From Flavobacteriales bacterium (GTDB lineage: Bacteria; Bacteroidota; Bacteroidia; Flavobacteriales_F; PHOS-HE28), in the NCBI GenBank assembly GCA_020437905.1, contig JAGQVN010000139.1:1-60487 (forward strand): a stretch of DNA of 60,487 bases. The letters run 5' to 3'. Positions 27,656-36,995 of the stretch are shown here, piece after piece. Below the pieces are notes generated by a model. The model had not been told where the DNA came from. It saw only the letters and a list, made by a program, of their open reading frames with translations, and did no database searches. The translations under genes were made by a program, and so were the position numbers. The number at the start of each line of letters is the position of its first letter. The first letter of the stretch is position 1.

Positions 27656-28686
27656 CTCGGTTTATAGGTTCTCAGCACGGTGCGGGATTCCACCGATCCG
27701 AACAGTTCCTGAAAAGAGGGCCTTTCCTGGGCGACCAGATACGACCGCACCATGTTATAGCCCAGCCACTCCCCTAGGTTCCCCGGGCTTTCCCTGGGAA
27801 AGCCATGTGTGAACGGGCCATCGGAAAGGAGCCTTGCGATCTCCCGATCGTCCTTGGTATAGATCAGTTCCTTGCTGACAAGTTCACGCCAAATGTTCAA
27901 CTCGTTGGCCTCGCACCATGCCAGCTGATCCGGTGAGTAACCGAACAAGAGGTGTCGCTCGGTGGTGGGCAGTAAAGCCTCCAACAACACCAGGACCTTG
28001 CCTCGGTGGACCATTCTTTCCAATAGGTCCATTCCCCGTTGATCGGCTTGATAGTGCACGAGCAACCATCCTTTGACCGCTGATGGAACAAGCATTGCGG
28101 GGACCATGCGCTCCTTCAGGTAGTGGGGGAACTGCTCCGGAGCAAGGGCCTGGACCACGGGGTGGTCGCGCCCGATGAACCACTCCACCCCGATCCCAAG
28201 GGAACTGTCCGTGGGAAAGATGCCGTAATTGAACCCGGCATTGTACAGCACGATCTGCGGGATGATGCTGTCCGGGAAAGCAGTATGCAAGCGCCCAAAG
28301 GCCTCTTCTAACCCTTCGATCTCCTCCTCCCAGTCGCCGAATACCTCCTCGATCCTTCGCTGTACTTCGATCCAGTCGGGCTCGTTCACGAAACGAGAAA
28401 GCCCGATGGCCAGGCGTGGATCGTCCACAGGCCCGATCGCAAGTACCTGTTCCACGTAGTAAGGGTACAAGTTCCTGGCTTCCGCTTGAGCCATGCGCGA
28501 AGCAGCGTTCAGGTCATCCGTATGGAAGAGGATGGAATCCAAGCGGACCACCTGCAAACGGATCGGGGCCGGATCCAAGGCAACAGCCTCCTCATGATCC
28601 CTGCACGCTTGGAACATGCTCACAAGGACCACGATGATGGTGACCGAAGGAAGGAAGCTCCGTCTAACTTTGCGTCCTCTCACCAT
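27652..28686 (-). CDS. gldB: gliding motility lipoprotein GldB
   Basis: The start at 28686 gives MVRGRKVRRSFLPSVTIIVVLVSMFQAC, a lipoprotein signal. Size and the position upstream of gldC fit GldB. The start is uncertain: the ORF extends to 28752, and the 5' end abuts the divergent porin gene. Confidence 0.7.
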   Translation of the reverse strand: MVRGRKVRRSFLPSVTIIVVLVSMFQACRDHEEAVALDPAPIRLQVVRLDSILFHTDDLNAASRMAQAEARNLYPYYVEQVLAIGPVDDPRLAIGLSRFVNEPDWIEVQRRIEEVFGDWEEEIEGLEEAFGRLHTAFPDSIIPQIVLYNAGFNYGIFPTDSSLGIGVEWFIGRDHPVVQALAPEQFPHYLKERMVPAMLVPSAVKGWLLVHYQADQRGMDLLERMVHRGKVLVLLEALLPTTERHLLFGYSPDQLAWCEANELNIWRELVSKELIYTKDDREIARLLSDGPFTHGFPRESPGNLGEWLGYNMVRSYLVAQERPSFQELFGSVESRTVLRTYKPR

Positions 28687-28699
28687 GCACGGCAAAACT

Positions 28700-29410
28700 A
28701 TGACCAAGGCTATCCTACCGATCTGCACGTTCCTCTTTTTGGCTGCTTCCACACAGGCTCAAAGCACTTCAGGTCAGCCTGTCAGGCTTGGGATCAAAGC
28801 AGCTCCGAACCTGGCTTGGGTGAAATCCGACACCAAGGAACTGGAAGGGGACGGAATGAAGTTCGGCTTCCTCTTTGGTCTGATGAGCGACTTCCGCCTG
28901 GGGAGCGATAACTACGCGCTTTCCACCGGTCTGTTCATGAACGTGACCGGCGCCAACATGCAAAGCAGGTCCTTTGATGGCGTTGATGGGAACGGTAATA
29001 CGGTGAAGGTGGACCAGCCTCTTGCCTTCTCGTACAAGTACCAGTTCGTGGAAGTACCGATCACCATCAAATTGAAGACCAATGAGATCGGTTACATGAC
29101 CTACTTCGGAACCCTCGGCTTTGGGAGTGCTTATAATGTCAGCGCCAAAGGTGATGAATACAGCTTCAACGATAGCCAAGGCATCGAGCGGGAGGAGGAT
29201 GCGAACGTGCTCAAGGAAATGGCCGTGTTCCGCGCCTCGCTTATCGTCGGTGCCGGCTTGGAATACAACATCGCCGGGAACACCTCCATTATGGCCGGCA
29301 TCAACTATAACAACAGCTTCACGGATGTCTTCGACAAGAGTGAAATGCTGGGCGTGGAACAACACGGCAAGCTTCACTACCTGGAATTGAACTTCGGCGT
29401 GTTCTTCTGA
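28700..29410 (+). CDS. small outer membrane beta-barrel (porin-family) protein
   Basis: The start at 28700 gives the signal peptide MTKAILPICTFLFLAASTQAQ. The protein has alternating beta-strand patterning and the C-terminal OMP signature ...LELNFGVFF. Confidence 0.75.
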   Translation: MTKAILPICTFLFLAASTQAQSTSGQPVRLGIKAAPNLAWVKSDTKELEGDGMKFGFLFGLMSDFRLGSDNYALSTGLFMNVTGANMQSRSFDGVDGNGNTVKVDQPLAFSYKYQFVEVPITIKLKTNEIGYMTYFGTLGFGSAYNVSAKGDEYSFNDSQGIEREEDANVLKEMAVFRASLIVGAGLEYNIAGNTSIMAGINYNNSFTDVFDKSEMLGVEQHGKLHYLELNFGVFF

Positions 29411-29438
29411 GCACGCACGATCTGGTCAACCTGGTGTC

Positions 29439-30239
29439 ATGGACACGAGCAGGGTCGCCGAACACATCACCGATTGGCTGAAGGACTATGCGCAGCAGGC
29501 AGGTCAGAAGGGTTTTGTGGTCGGAGTAAGTGGGGGGATCGATAGTGCGGTAACGAGCGCCCTTTGCGCGCGATCAGGCCTGCCGACCTTGTGCGTGGAG
29601 ATGCCGATCTACCAGCACATCGATCAAGTCCGGCGGGCGCAGGAGCATATTACCAGGCTCAGGGATGGACACCCGAACGTGCGGATGCATGTGGTCCAGC
29701 TGACGGGGGTGTTCGATTCGCTGATCGATGCCTTGCCCAAGGCGGAGGATGCCTCAGGGATGGAACTATCCCTGGCGAACACCCGGGCGCGTCTGCGCAT
29801 GACCACCCTCTACTATTTCGCGGGCCTGCTCAGGTACCTGGTCGTGGGAACCGGGAACAAAGTGGAGGACTTCGGGGTCGGCTTCTTCACCAAATATGGC
29901 GACGGCGGAGTGGACCTTGCTCCCATCGCCGACCTTACCAAGACCGAGGTATATGCGGTCGGAAAGGAACTTGGCATCCAGGACAGCATCATGAACGCGC
30001 CCCCTACGGATGGCTTGTGGGGCGACGATCGTACGGATGCGGACCAGATCGGCGCCACCTACCCGGAATTGGAATGGGCGATGGAGGTCCGCCAAGCAGG
30101 TGTTGGACGCCGCATGGGGCACTTCACCGATCGACAACGCGAAGTGCTCGCCATCTTCGACCGGATGCATGCCGCCAACCGCCATAAAATGGAGCCCATC
30201 CCGGTGTGCATAATACCCGAGGATATTCGCGACCGGTGA
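29439..30239 (+). CDS. nadE: ammonia-dependent NAD+ synthetase
   Basis: PP-loop VGVSGGIDSAV is present. The 266-aa size fits, along with ...GTGNKVEDFGVGFFTKYGDGG. Confidence 0.93.
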   Translation: MDTSRVAEHITDWLKDYAQQAGQKGFVVGVSGGIDSAVTSALCARSGLPTLCVEMPIYQHIDQVRRAQEHITRLRDGHPNVRMHVVQLTGVFDSLIDALPKAEDASGMELSLANTRARLRMTTLYYFAGLLRYLVVGTGNKVEDFGVGFFTKYGDGGVDLAPIADLTKTEVYAVGKELGIQDSIMNAPPTDGLWGDDRTDADQIGATYPELEWAMEVRQAGVGRRMGHFTDRQREVLAIFDRMHAANRHKMEPIPVCIIPEDIRDR

Positions 30240-30246
30240 GCCGGTA

Positions 30247-32499
30247 TCATCTGGCCTGCCGCATGAGTGCTTTCACTTCAGGGATGCGGGGATGATCGGG
30301 TGCGACCGCGTCAAGCTCTGAGAGCCATTTACGGGCCTTCATGACGTCATGGGTGCGCAGATGCAGGAACACCATCTCGATCAGGAGTTCCGCACTTTCC
30401 GGAAAGCGGAGCAGACCCTGTTCCAAGACCCCGGCCGCATCCGTGTAACGTTCCTGTTGCTGAAGCAGTGCAGCGTGGTTCCTGTACAAGGATGTGCCGG
30501 CACCTCCATGCCCCTCCGATTCCTCGAACGCGGCAAGTGCCTCTGGGAATAGACCCATTTCGGCCAGAAGGAGAGCCATGTCGTAGTGCACTCGCGGGTT
30601 CCGGGGATCGATCCTTGCTGCATCACGTAGGATGCGCAATGCATCGTTGTTGCGGCCCTGCCTGTTCCCGATCGCTGCCAGTTGCAGCCGCGCCTGAGTG
30701 GCCTTGCCGTCCATGTCCAAGGTGGCCAGGTACCATTTGACAGCCTCATCCAACTCTCCTCTTCGGTGATGATGGTCCGCAAGCTGGATGCGACCCGAAG
30801 GGAAGTCCAATTGTCCTGTCAAGAAGCGCATGCGTTCCGCATCTGCGGAGGCGTATCCGGGAGCGGTGGCTGGATCAAGTCGGTCCTTGGGGAGTTCATC
30901 CATCAGGTCGATCGCAGCGATCCGTACCGCACGGACCGGGTCCTTCAACAGCGGGGCCACCGCGGCGGCCCAAAGGTCAGGAGGCGAACCATGCAAGGCC
31001 ACCAGGGCCGAGTGCCTGACCATTGCCTGCTCATCGTCGAGCGCTCCCACGATGACCTCCACCGCTTCCATGGTGGGAAGATCCCCGAGATAGCGTATCG
31101 CTGTCGCGCGCTGGATGTCTGTGGCTCCCGTATCCGAAAACAAGCGGGATAGGTGTCCGAACGACCTATCGTTGCGCAATGAGCCGGGAAGCAGATCATC
31201 CACTGGGCGATGCTTCCGCTCGCTTCCATACCATCGATCCACGTGATCACTGGCCCATTGCGCAGTCCGGTCCGAGTGGCACTGGTTGCAGGTGTTCGGA
31301 ACACCGAATCGCACGGAGAGGTCCGGTCGCGGGACCCGAAAACCGTGGTCGTGCCGCTCGTCGTTGCCCATATACGTGCGAGCAGGCATGTGGCAATTGA
31401 CGCATGAAGGACCTGAACTGCCTTCCGCATGGAACGTGTGCGATGATGTGTTCAGCTCGGGCTCGTGGCATTGCATGCACAAAGCGTTCCCCTCGAACAA
31501 CAATTGACCATTGTGCGGATCATGACAGTTCGTGCACGTGACCCCTCGCTTATGCATGACACTTTGGAGAAAGGATCCATACACATAAACCTCCTCCTTG
31601 ATCTGTCCATCCGGGAAGTAGAGTTCGTCGTCGGGAAGCGCCGGCATGAAATGGTCCAGAGGCTCCAAACTGGCCCGGGCATCCGGGAACAGCTCCGCAC
31701 GTCTGGAATGACAAGGCATGCACGTGCTTACGACCGCCTCCTTCGATGACCCGCTGAGGGGTGAGCGCCAGACCGGATAGGCTCGCCCAGCTTTGTCATC
31801 CTCGGAACGGCTCATGAAGGCCACGTGTTCCGATCCAGGTCCGTGACAGCTCTCACAGCTCACGTTGATGTGCGACCAGGTGGTCCGGTAGCTATCCGCC
31901 GTCACGTCATAATTGCGCTGCAAGTCCGTGCTGTGACAGGTGGCGCACATGCTGTTCCAGTTCTGCGCACCACGTGTCCAATGCATCCAATCGTTGGGTG
32001 GAATGGTATCCCCTTCATACTGGTGGAACCATCGCTCCTTGACCACATCGTATGATTCACGAGGGACCTGCAACCGCCCGTTGGGGAACTCGACGAGGTA
32101 CTGCTGCAAGGGATAGTGGCCGAACACATATCTGACCGGGTGATCGCGGTAAGCTCCATCAGCTCCCTGGGTATGGATGATGAAAGCACCATCCTTCCTT
32201 AAAAACCTTGCTTCGATCCCGTTCGCTCGCAGCATAGCGTCATCGAAATCGCCGAGAACGGTGCTGTCGTTGGCCTCAAGCATGGCCCAATGGTGGTCCG
32301 ACGTGGTCCATGCGCCGTGTTCCTCGCCATGACAGGACCCGCAAACCGTGGGACCAACGTATTCCGGAGCCTTGCTGGACCCATCACCGCTCGCCTCTCC
32401 TCCCCGATCGACACATCCAGTCAGCGATCCAACACCCGTGCCTACAACGACCAGGATCAGGCCCACGAGGATATGCCGCAACGGATGCATGGACCGCAA
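30247..32499 (-). CDS. octaheme c-type cytochrome lipoprotein fused to HEAT-like and TPR repeats
   Basis: Lipoprotein signal ...VGSLTGC is present. There are eight CxxCH motifs: CGSCH, CATCH, CESCH, CMPCH, CTNCH, CMQCH, CVNCH, CNQCH. HEAT-like segments (ALDDEQAMVRHSALVAL; LLKDPVRAVRIAAIDLM) follow, then several TPR-like helical repeats to the C-terminus. Confidence 0.85.
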   Translation of the reverse strand: MRSMHPLRHILVGLILVVVGTGVGSLTGCVDRGGEASGDGSSKAPEYVGPTVCGSCHGEEHGAWTTSDHHWAMLEANDSTVLGDFDDAMLRANGIEARFLRKDGAFIIHTQGADGAYRDHPVRYVFGHYPLQQYLVEFPNGRLQVPRESYDVVKERWFHQYEGDTIPPNDWMHWTRGAQNWNSMCATCHSTDLQRNYDVTADSYRTTWSHINVSCESCHGPGSEHVAFMSRSEDDKAGRAYPVWRSPLSGSSKEAVVSTCMPCHSRRAELFPDARASLEPLDHFMPALPDDELYFPDGQIKEEVYVYGSFLQSVMHKRGVTCTNCHDPHNGQLLFEGNALCMQCHEPELNTSSHTFHAEGSSGPSCVNCHMPARTYMGNDERHDHGFRVPRPDLSVRFGVPNTCNQCHSDRTAQWASDHVDRWYGSERKHRPVDDLLPGSLRNDRSFGHLSRLFSDTGATDIQRATAIRYLGDLPTMEAVEVIVGALDDEQAMVRHSALVALHGSPPDLWAAAVAPLLKDPVRAVRIAAIDLMDELPKDRLDPATAPGYASADAERMRFLTGQLDFPSGRIQLADHHHRRGELDEAVKWYLATLDMDGKATQARLQLAAIGNRQGRNNDALRILRDAARIDPRNPRVHYDMALLLAEMGLFPEALAAFEESEGHGGAGTSLYRNHAALLQQQERYTDAAGVLEQGLLRFPESAELLIEMVFLHLRTHDVMKARKWLSELDAVAPDHPRIPEVKALMRQAR

Positions 32500-32576
32500 A
32501 GGTGCCGAACAGCAGGCTATGCTGTATGCCGGGGATCCGGATGTCCAGCTACCTTGGCGGACCGAAACCGGAACTC

Positions 32577-33200
32577 ATGGCACCTTCCCTCCGATCGCTC
32601 ATGCCGATGCTCCCGCTGCTGCTGCTCATAGCCTGTGGGTCCAATACGCATATCGTCCAGAGCTGGCGTGACCCCAACGTGACCATCGTGGATGGTAGCT
32701 ACAACAAGGTCCTAGTGATCTGCCTGATCAAGGACGAAGGCACCCGCCGGGTCGGTGAGGACCGGATGGCCATGTTCATGAACGGTCGTGGTGTGGAGAG
32801 CTATCGCTATCTGGGTCCCGATGTGGACGCGATCAATGATGCCTCCACCGGGGAGCGGATGCGGAAGGATGGTATTGATGGCGTGGTGATCATGCGATTG
32901 GTCGATCGGACCAAGGAACAGACCTATGTGCCCGGCGCATCCTATCCCGCCTATTATGCAAGCCCCTATGGTTACTACGGTTATGCCTACCCCATGTATG
33001 CAACACCCGGTTATGTTCGCACGGACGTCAACTACTTCGTGGAGACGAACCTATACAGCACGAAGAAGGAGGGTCTCATTTGGACCAGCACCACCAGTAC
33101 CCTGAACCCGACCGACCTCGGCAATTCCGTGGAGGAGGTGATGCAGGTGGTCTACGACAAGATGATCGCCGAAGGCTTCATCGTGAAGAGCGGACAATGA
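32577..33200 (+). CDS. DUF4136-like lipoprotein with Tyr/Gly/Pro-rich insert
   Basis: The start at 32577 gives MAPSLRSLMPMLPLLLLIAC, a lipobox signal. The central tract is YPAYYASPYGYYGYAYPMYATPGY. ATGA overlaps the next gene. Confidence 0.7.
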   Translation: MAPSLRSLMPMLPLLLLIACGSNTHIVQSWRDPNVTIVDGSYNKVLVICLIKDEGTRRVGEDRMAMFMNGRGVESYRYLGPDVDAINDASTGERMRKDGIDGVVIMRLVDRTKEQTYVPGASYPAYYASPYGYYGYAYPMYATPGYVRTDVNYFVETNLYSTKKEGLIWTSTTSTLNPTDLGNSVEEVMQVVYDKMIAEGFIVKSGQ

Positions 33201-33940
33201 ACCGCTCCATCGCTTTCCTGATGTTCGCTGGCGCAGCGATAGGCATGTCCGCTCAGGAAGGGACCGCTCCTGACCGCCACAACCTGATCAAGATCGGATT
33301 AAGCTCCGGGGTCTTCAATATCGTTTCGTTGAACTATGAACGTGTGCTTCACCCGGATTGGAGCGTCGGTCTCACAGCCAGCTACATGGTGCCCCGTGCA
33401 CCCTCCTCCTTGTTCAGTTTGAACACCGAGGAGATCACGATCGACGCTTCCCACCAGCTGAGTGGCTACTATTTGACCCCGGAGGTGAAATGGTTCTTCG
33501 AATCAAGTGATACCCGCTCCGCTCCGCGAGGATTATATGCGGATGGCTACCTCCGTTGGAGCGACACACGCTACACCGGCATGTTCGAGGCCGAAGGTAG
33601 CGGCATAGATGCCGAGGGTCAAGTGAGCGGCGCATTGGAGCTCTCCTTCCAGGAATTCGGCATCGGAATTGGGCTGGGATATCAACTGCTGGCTTTGTGG
33701 GATCGCCTGGTATTCGACTTCATCTTCCTGGCGCCGCGTTATGCCTTGTACCGGATCAAAGTGGACGCGGCGCTCAACGGTGATGGGCAACTGGCGGAGG
33801 ACCTGGGCGAAGCGATCGAGGACGTGTTGGGACGCGATATCGTTCCGGTCGACCTGGAGATCGATTCCCAGGGTACCACGGTCGTGGATCGGAACAGCCT
33901 CGGGTATCGCTTCGGCATCAAGGTGGGCTATGCCTTCTGA
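33197..33940 (+). CDS. outer membrane beta-barrel protein (DUF3575-like)
   Basis: The start at 33197 gives the signal peptide MNRSIAFLMFAGAAIGMSAQ. The C-terminal beta-signal is ...FGIKVGYAF. Confidence 0.7.
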   Translation: MNRSIAFLMFAGAAIGMSAQEGTAPDRHNLIKIGLSSGVFNIVSLNYERVLHPDWSVGLTASYMVPRAPSSLFSLNTEEITIDASHQLSGYYLTPEVKWFFESSDTRSAPRGLYADGYLRWSDTRYTGMFEAEGSGIDAEGQVSGALELSFQEFGIGIGLGYQLLALWDRLVFDFIFLAPRYALYRIKVDAALNGDGQLAEDLGEAIEDVLGRDIVPVDLEIDSQGTTVVDRNSLGYRFGIKVGYAF

Positions 33941-33970
33941 GCAGGCGGACACCAACGCATGGTCGATATA

Positions 33971-34004
33971 AAAAAAGTAGGCCCCGCCCTTTCCGAGCGA
34001 GGCC
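33971..34004 (-). terminator. rho-independent terminator of the 34026-34490 gene (possibly bidirectional)
   Basis: Minus-sense stem GGCCTCGC, loop tcggaaagg, stem GCGGGGCC (one G-U pair), followed by TACTTTTTTTATA. It lies between convergent genes. Confidence 0.6.
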
Positions 34005-34025
34005 TCTTAAGCTACTGGTCAGGAC

Positions 34026-34490
34026 TTATTTCGATGCAGGCATCAAGGGCAATTCCGAGGCCAACTGCAGCGATATCAGGTTCTGAAGCCGGTTCACGAT
34101 CATATTGAACCGGGCCACCCGGGAAGCGGGAAGCACCTTCATCATCTTCTTGGACGTGTTCTCCAACAAGGCATGCAGTTCCTTGTCAGAAGCCCATGCC
34201 CGTGCAAGCAGGTCCTGGGCGACCTCATCGGTCATGCTTTCATAGCTCCCAGCATAGTCACTGATGATCCCCAAGCGGGAATCCCAAAGTTTCTTGTTGG
34301 CTAGTGCATATTCGTCATACATCGGCCAGAAGGCCTTGCTCTCCTCCTCGCTCATTTCCATGTTGGCTGCTACAATGGCCTGCATGTCCGCGCGAATGTC
34401 ACTCCGGACAAGTTCCACCAGGTCGTTCTCGGATTGCGCCAGCCCGGGAACCGCGGTCAAAGCCAGCGCAGTGAGTAGGATGTTCTTCAT
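34026..34490 (-). CDS. hypothetical secreted alpha-helical protein
   Basis: Signal peptide MKNILLTALALTAVPGLAQ is present. The remainder is helix-rich and acidic, and I recognise no family. Confidence 0.65.
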   Translation of the reverse strand: MKNILLTALALTAVPGLAQSENDLVELVRSDIRADMQAIVAANMEMSEEESKAFWPMYDEYALANKKLWDSRLGIISDYAGSYESMTDEVAQDLLARAWASDKELHALLENTSKKMMKVLPASRVARFNMIVNRLQNLISLQLASELPLMPASK

Positions 34491-34619
34491 GGTCTCTGGG
34501 TCGTTTCAATGGTTCGGATGGAAAATTAGCTGTTGTTCACCAAAGTTCAAGATGACAACGGACGGCCATCCTGTGGCAAAGTGGTCGTACTTTCGGCGCA
34601 CCCTCTAGCTTGTGCAGCA

Positions 34620-35309
34620 ATGGCTATCTCCACGAAACAGCTCTTGGTCGTCAGCGCCTTGGCGCTCCTTTGTGTTGAATCGAGCGCACAGTTCCGATTC
34701 AATGCATTCGGCGGATACACGTTTCAGGATCGCTTCAACCTGGGCGGCTCATATCTGGGGTATCAGTACCAGGAAGGACGTGTAAAGGACGCACCACACT
34801 TCGGAGGAGGGTTCGAGTTCATGACCGGCAAGAACACCGCCATCGAACTGTATGGCCAGTATCAACCCACCGAAGGCTATCTGCGGACCACGTTTCTGGA
34901 GTACGGTCCGTACGAAGTGAACGCCACGTACATCATGCTTGGTGGTATGCGGTACCAACCCTTCAGTCCTGCGGTAAGCGGATACGGGGGGCTCAGCATC
35001 GGGATGGCCATCATGGGAGGCGATGGAAGCAGTACCAAACTGGCCTGGGGAGGGAAGCTCGGCATCATGGTGAATGCTTCCGAAACGGTGGGGATCAAAC
35101 TTGGCGGGCAGCTCCTGAGCCCGATCCAAGGTGCCGGTGGGGGTCTGTACTTCGGCACCGGCGGTGCCAGTGCAGGGGTAAGCACCTATTCCACGATCTA
35201 TCAATTCGGCTTCACGGGTGGCCTGAGCATTGCCTTTGGCGGAAAAGCACCAGGTGGGCGCCCTGGACCTCCACCACCACCAGCCCCGCCGGGTGGAGGC
35301 ATGAATTGA
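34620..35309 (+). CDS. small outer membrane beta-barrel protein with Pro/Gly-rich C-terminal tail
   Basis: The start at 34620 gives MAISTKQLLVVSALALLCVESSAQ. Gly/aromatic beta-strand patterning runs to ...GGLSIAFGGK, then the tail APGGRPGPPPPPAPPGGGMN. Confidence 0.7.
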   Translation: MAISTKQLLVVSALALLCVESSAQFRFNAFGGYTFQDRFNLGGSYLGYQYQEGRVKDAPHFGGGFEFMTGKNTAIELYGQYQPTEGYLRTTFLEYGPYEVNATYIMLGGMRYQPFSPAVSGYGGLSIGMAIMGGDGSSTKLAWGGKLGIMVNASETVGIKLGGQLLSPIQGAGGGLYFGTGGASAGVSTYSTIYQFGFTGGLSIAFGGKAPGGRPGPPPPPAPPGGGMN

Positions 35310-35334
35310 TCGCGGCGCCGCGTGGCGCTTTCCC

Positions 35335-36393
35335 ATGCGAGAACGGCATCCAGCCTTCCTCTGGTCCGATCGGCGTTCGTTGAAGTGGACATGGTGGTTC
35401 CTTCTGTGGACCACCATGGGAACTGCGTTCGGTCAAAAGAACGACACCATCCGACTCTTCAATGGTGACCGGGTGGTAGGCGAGATCAAGGACCTGGAGC
35501 TCGGTCTCTTGCGCGTCAAGACCGACCACATGGGCGAACTATTCATCGAATGGGACCAGGTCGCATCATTCCGAAGTACCAAGCAATGGGACCTGCGGAC
35601 CCGTTCCGGCATGCATCTGATCGGATACGTGGTCCCCTCGCCTTTGATGGACCATCAGTACATTCTCTCGGGACAGGACAGCATCCACATCGCGCGATTG
35701 AACATCGTTCAATTCACGCGTGTCCAGAAAGGGCTGTGGGCGCGAATGGACGGGAGCATCAGTCTGGGGTTCAGTTACCAGCAGGCGAACAACCTGGTCC
35801 AGATCACCGCCGGGGCTTCCGTTTCGTACACGTATAGAAAAGGCTCCATCCATCTGTCCGGCAATAGCATCAGCTCCGAACAAAAGGATGTTTCGGACAA
35901 CATCAAACAGGACCTGAGCTTCAGTTGGGATCGAAATCTGAGAGGGCGCTGGGTGGCGGGCGTCGGGGTCGGGGCGGAAAGGAACACGGAATTGGGCCTG
36001 GATCTCCGTCAGAAGGGGAACATCTATGGCGGCAACCTGCTCATCCAGACCACCCACACCAACGATCTGCTCAGCGGTGGTGTGCAGCAGAACCGCGAAG
36101 ACAACCAAGCCGGTATCAGCACGGACAATACGGAGGTGTTCCTGAACAACCGGCTGCGGATCCGGACCTACAAGTTCCCGAAAACGGACATCACCATCGA
36201 CCTGTACGGGTATTATGGCCTCACCATAGCCGACCGTTTCAGGGCACAAGCTGACATCAAGCTGCGCTACGAGGTCGTAAAAGATCTCTTTCTGGGTCTC
36301 GAATTCTACGATCAGTACGATAGCAGGCCTCTGGATGGCGGTCCGGCACTGAACGACTACCGCATTTCCACCACGGCGAGCTATACCTTTTAG
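35335..36393 (+). CDS. DUF481-like outer membrane protein
   Basis: The N-terminal region DTIRLFNGDRVVGEIKDLELGLLRVKTDHMGELFIEWDQV resembles YdiY/DUF481 proteins. The protein is beta-rich and ends ...STTASYTF. The start is uncertain. Confidence 0.6.
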   Translation: MRERHPAFLWSDRRSLKWTWWFLLWTTMGTAFGQKNDTIRLFNGDRVVGEIKDLELGLLRVKTDHMGELFIEWDQVASFRSTKQWDLRTRSGMHLIGYVVPSPLMDHQYILSGQDSIHIARLNIVQFTRVQKGLWARMDGSISLGFSYQQANNLVQITAGASVSYTYRKGSIHLSGNSISSEQKDVSDNIKQDLSFSWDRNLRGRWVAGVGVGAERNTELGLDLRQKGNIYGGNLLIQTTHTNDLLSGGVQQNREDNQAGISTDNTEVFLNNRLRIRTYKFPKTDITIDLYGYYGLTIADRFRAQADIKLRYEVVKDLFLGLEFYDQYDSRPLDGGPALNDYRISTTASYTF

Positions 36394-36995
36394 TCCGTGG
36401 CGAATATCAGGCCCAGGTTGATGGAGGCATAGGACTGTCCATCGAGCCGCTTGGACTTGAATCCGGAGAAATAGTTCGCCGAAAGGTTCAATGCCGTACC
36501 GTTGCTCAGGTACATGCTCACACCGAACTCCGGCTGGACCACGAACTGCCAATCATCCGTTTCGAAGCGGTAGAGCCCCACATCGAAGACCCGCCGGATG
36601 TACATGGCCCCGGCACCCACGCCCAGGTACGGTCGCAGATCGCCACCCTCGTTGAACACATAGTCCCACTGAGCGGTCATCGCAAAGTTGTTGTTGTACC
36701 GGTACTGCGTACCTGTGAAGGTGGCGGTCTCCAAAGTGAAGGAGGCCTGGTCCTTGCGTTCGAAGAAATGATGCCAATCCAGGTCGATGCCCACGGCCAT
36801 GTTATCATCCGCCATGTACCGGTAACCAGCGGCGAAACCACGCCATGTGTTCTTGGCGATATACTCCTCCAAGCCTCCGAGCGGGAAGGCCATGGAATAA
36901 TCCACCATGATCAAATTCTGCTGGGCCGCGGCATTGCGGACTTGCGCAAGCATGAGCAGCGCCAGGGTCGCGGATAGGGCAAGGTTGCTTCTCAT
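36390..36995 (-). CDS. small outer membrane beta-barrel protein
   Basis: Signal peptide MRSNLALSATLALLMLAQVRNAAAQ is present. It has alternating aromatic/Gly strands. ATGA overlaps the upstream lipoprotein gene. Confidence 0.7.
   Translation of the reverse strand: MRSNLALSATLALLMLAQVRNAAAQQNLIMVDYSMAFPLGGLEEYIAKNTWRGFAAGYRYMADDNMAVGIDLDWHHFFERKDQASFTLETATFTGTQYRYNNNFAMTAQWDYVFNEGGDLRPYLGVGAGAMYIRRVFDVGLYRFETDDWQFVVQPEFGVSMYLSNGTALNLSANYFSGFKSKRLDGQSYASINLGLIFATD

Noticed and set aside
35566-36552. 328-aa minus-strand ORF competing with the plus-strand 35335-36393 ORF
   Set aside because: The plus-strand product has an N-terminal hydrophobic signal, DUF481-like N-terminal repeats and a C-terminal aromatic (…SYTF) OMP signature. 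The minus-strand translation has none of these.
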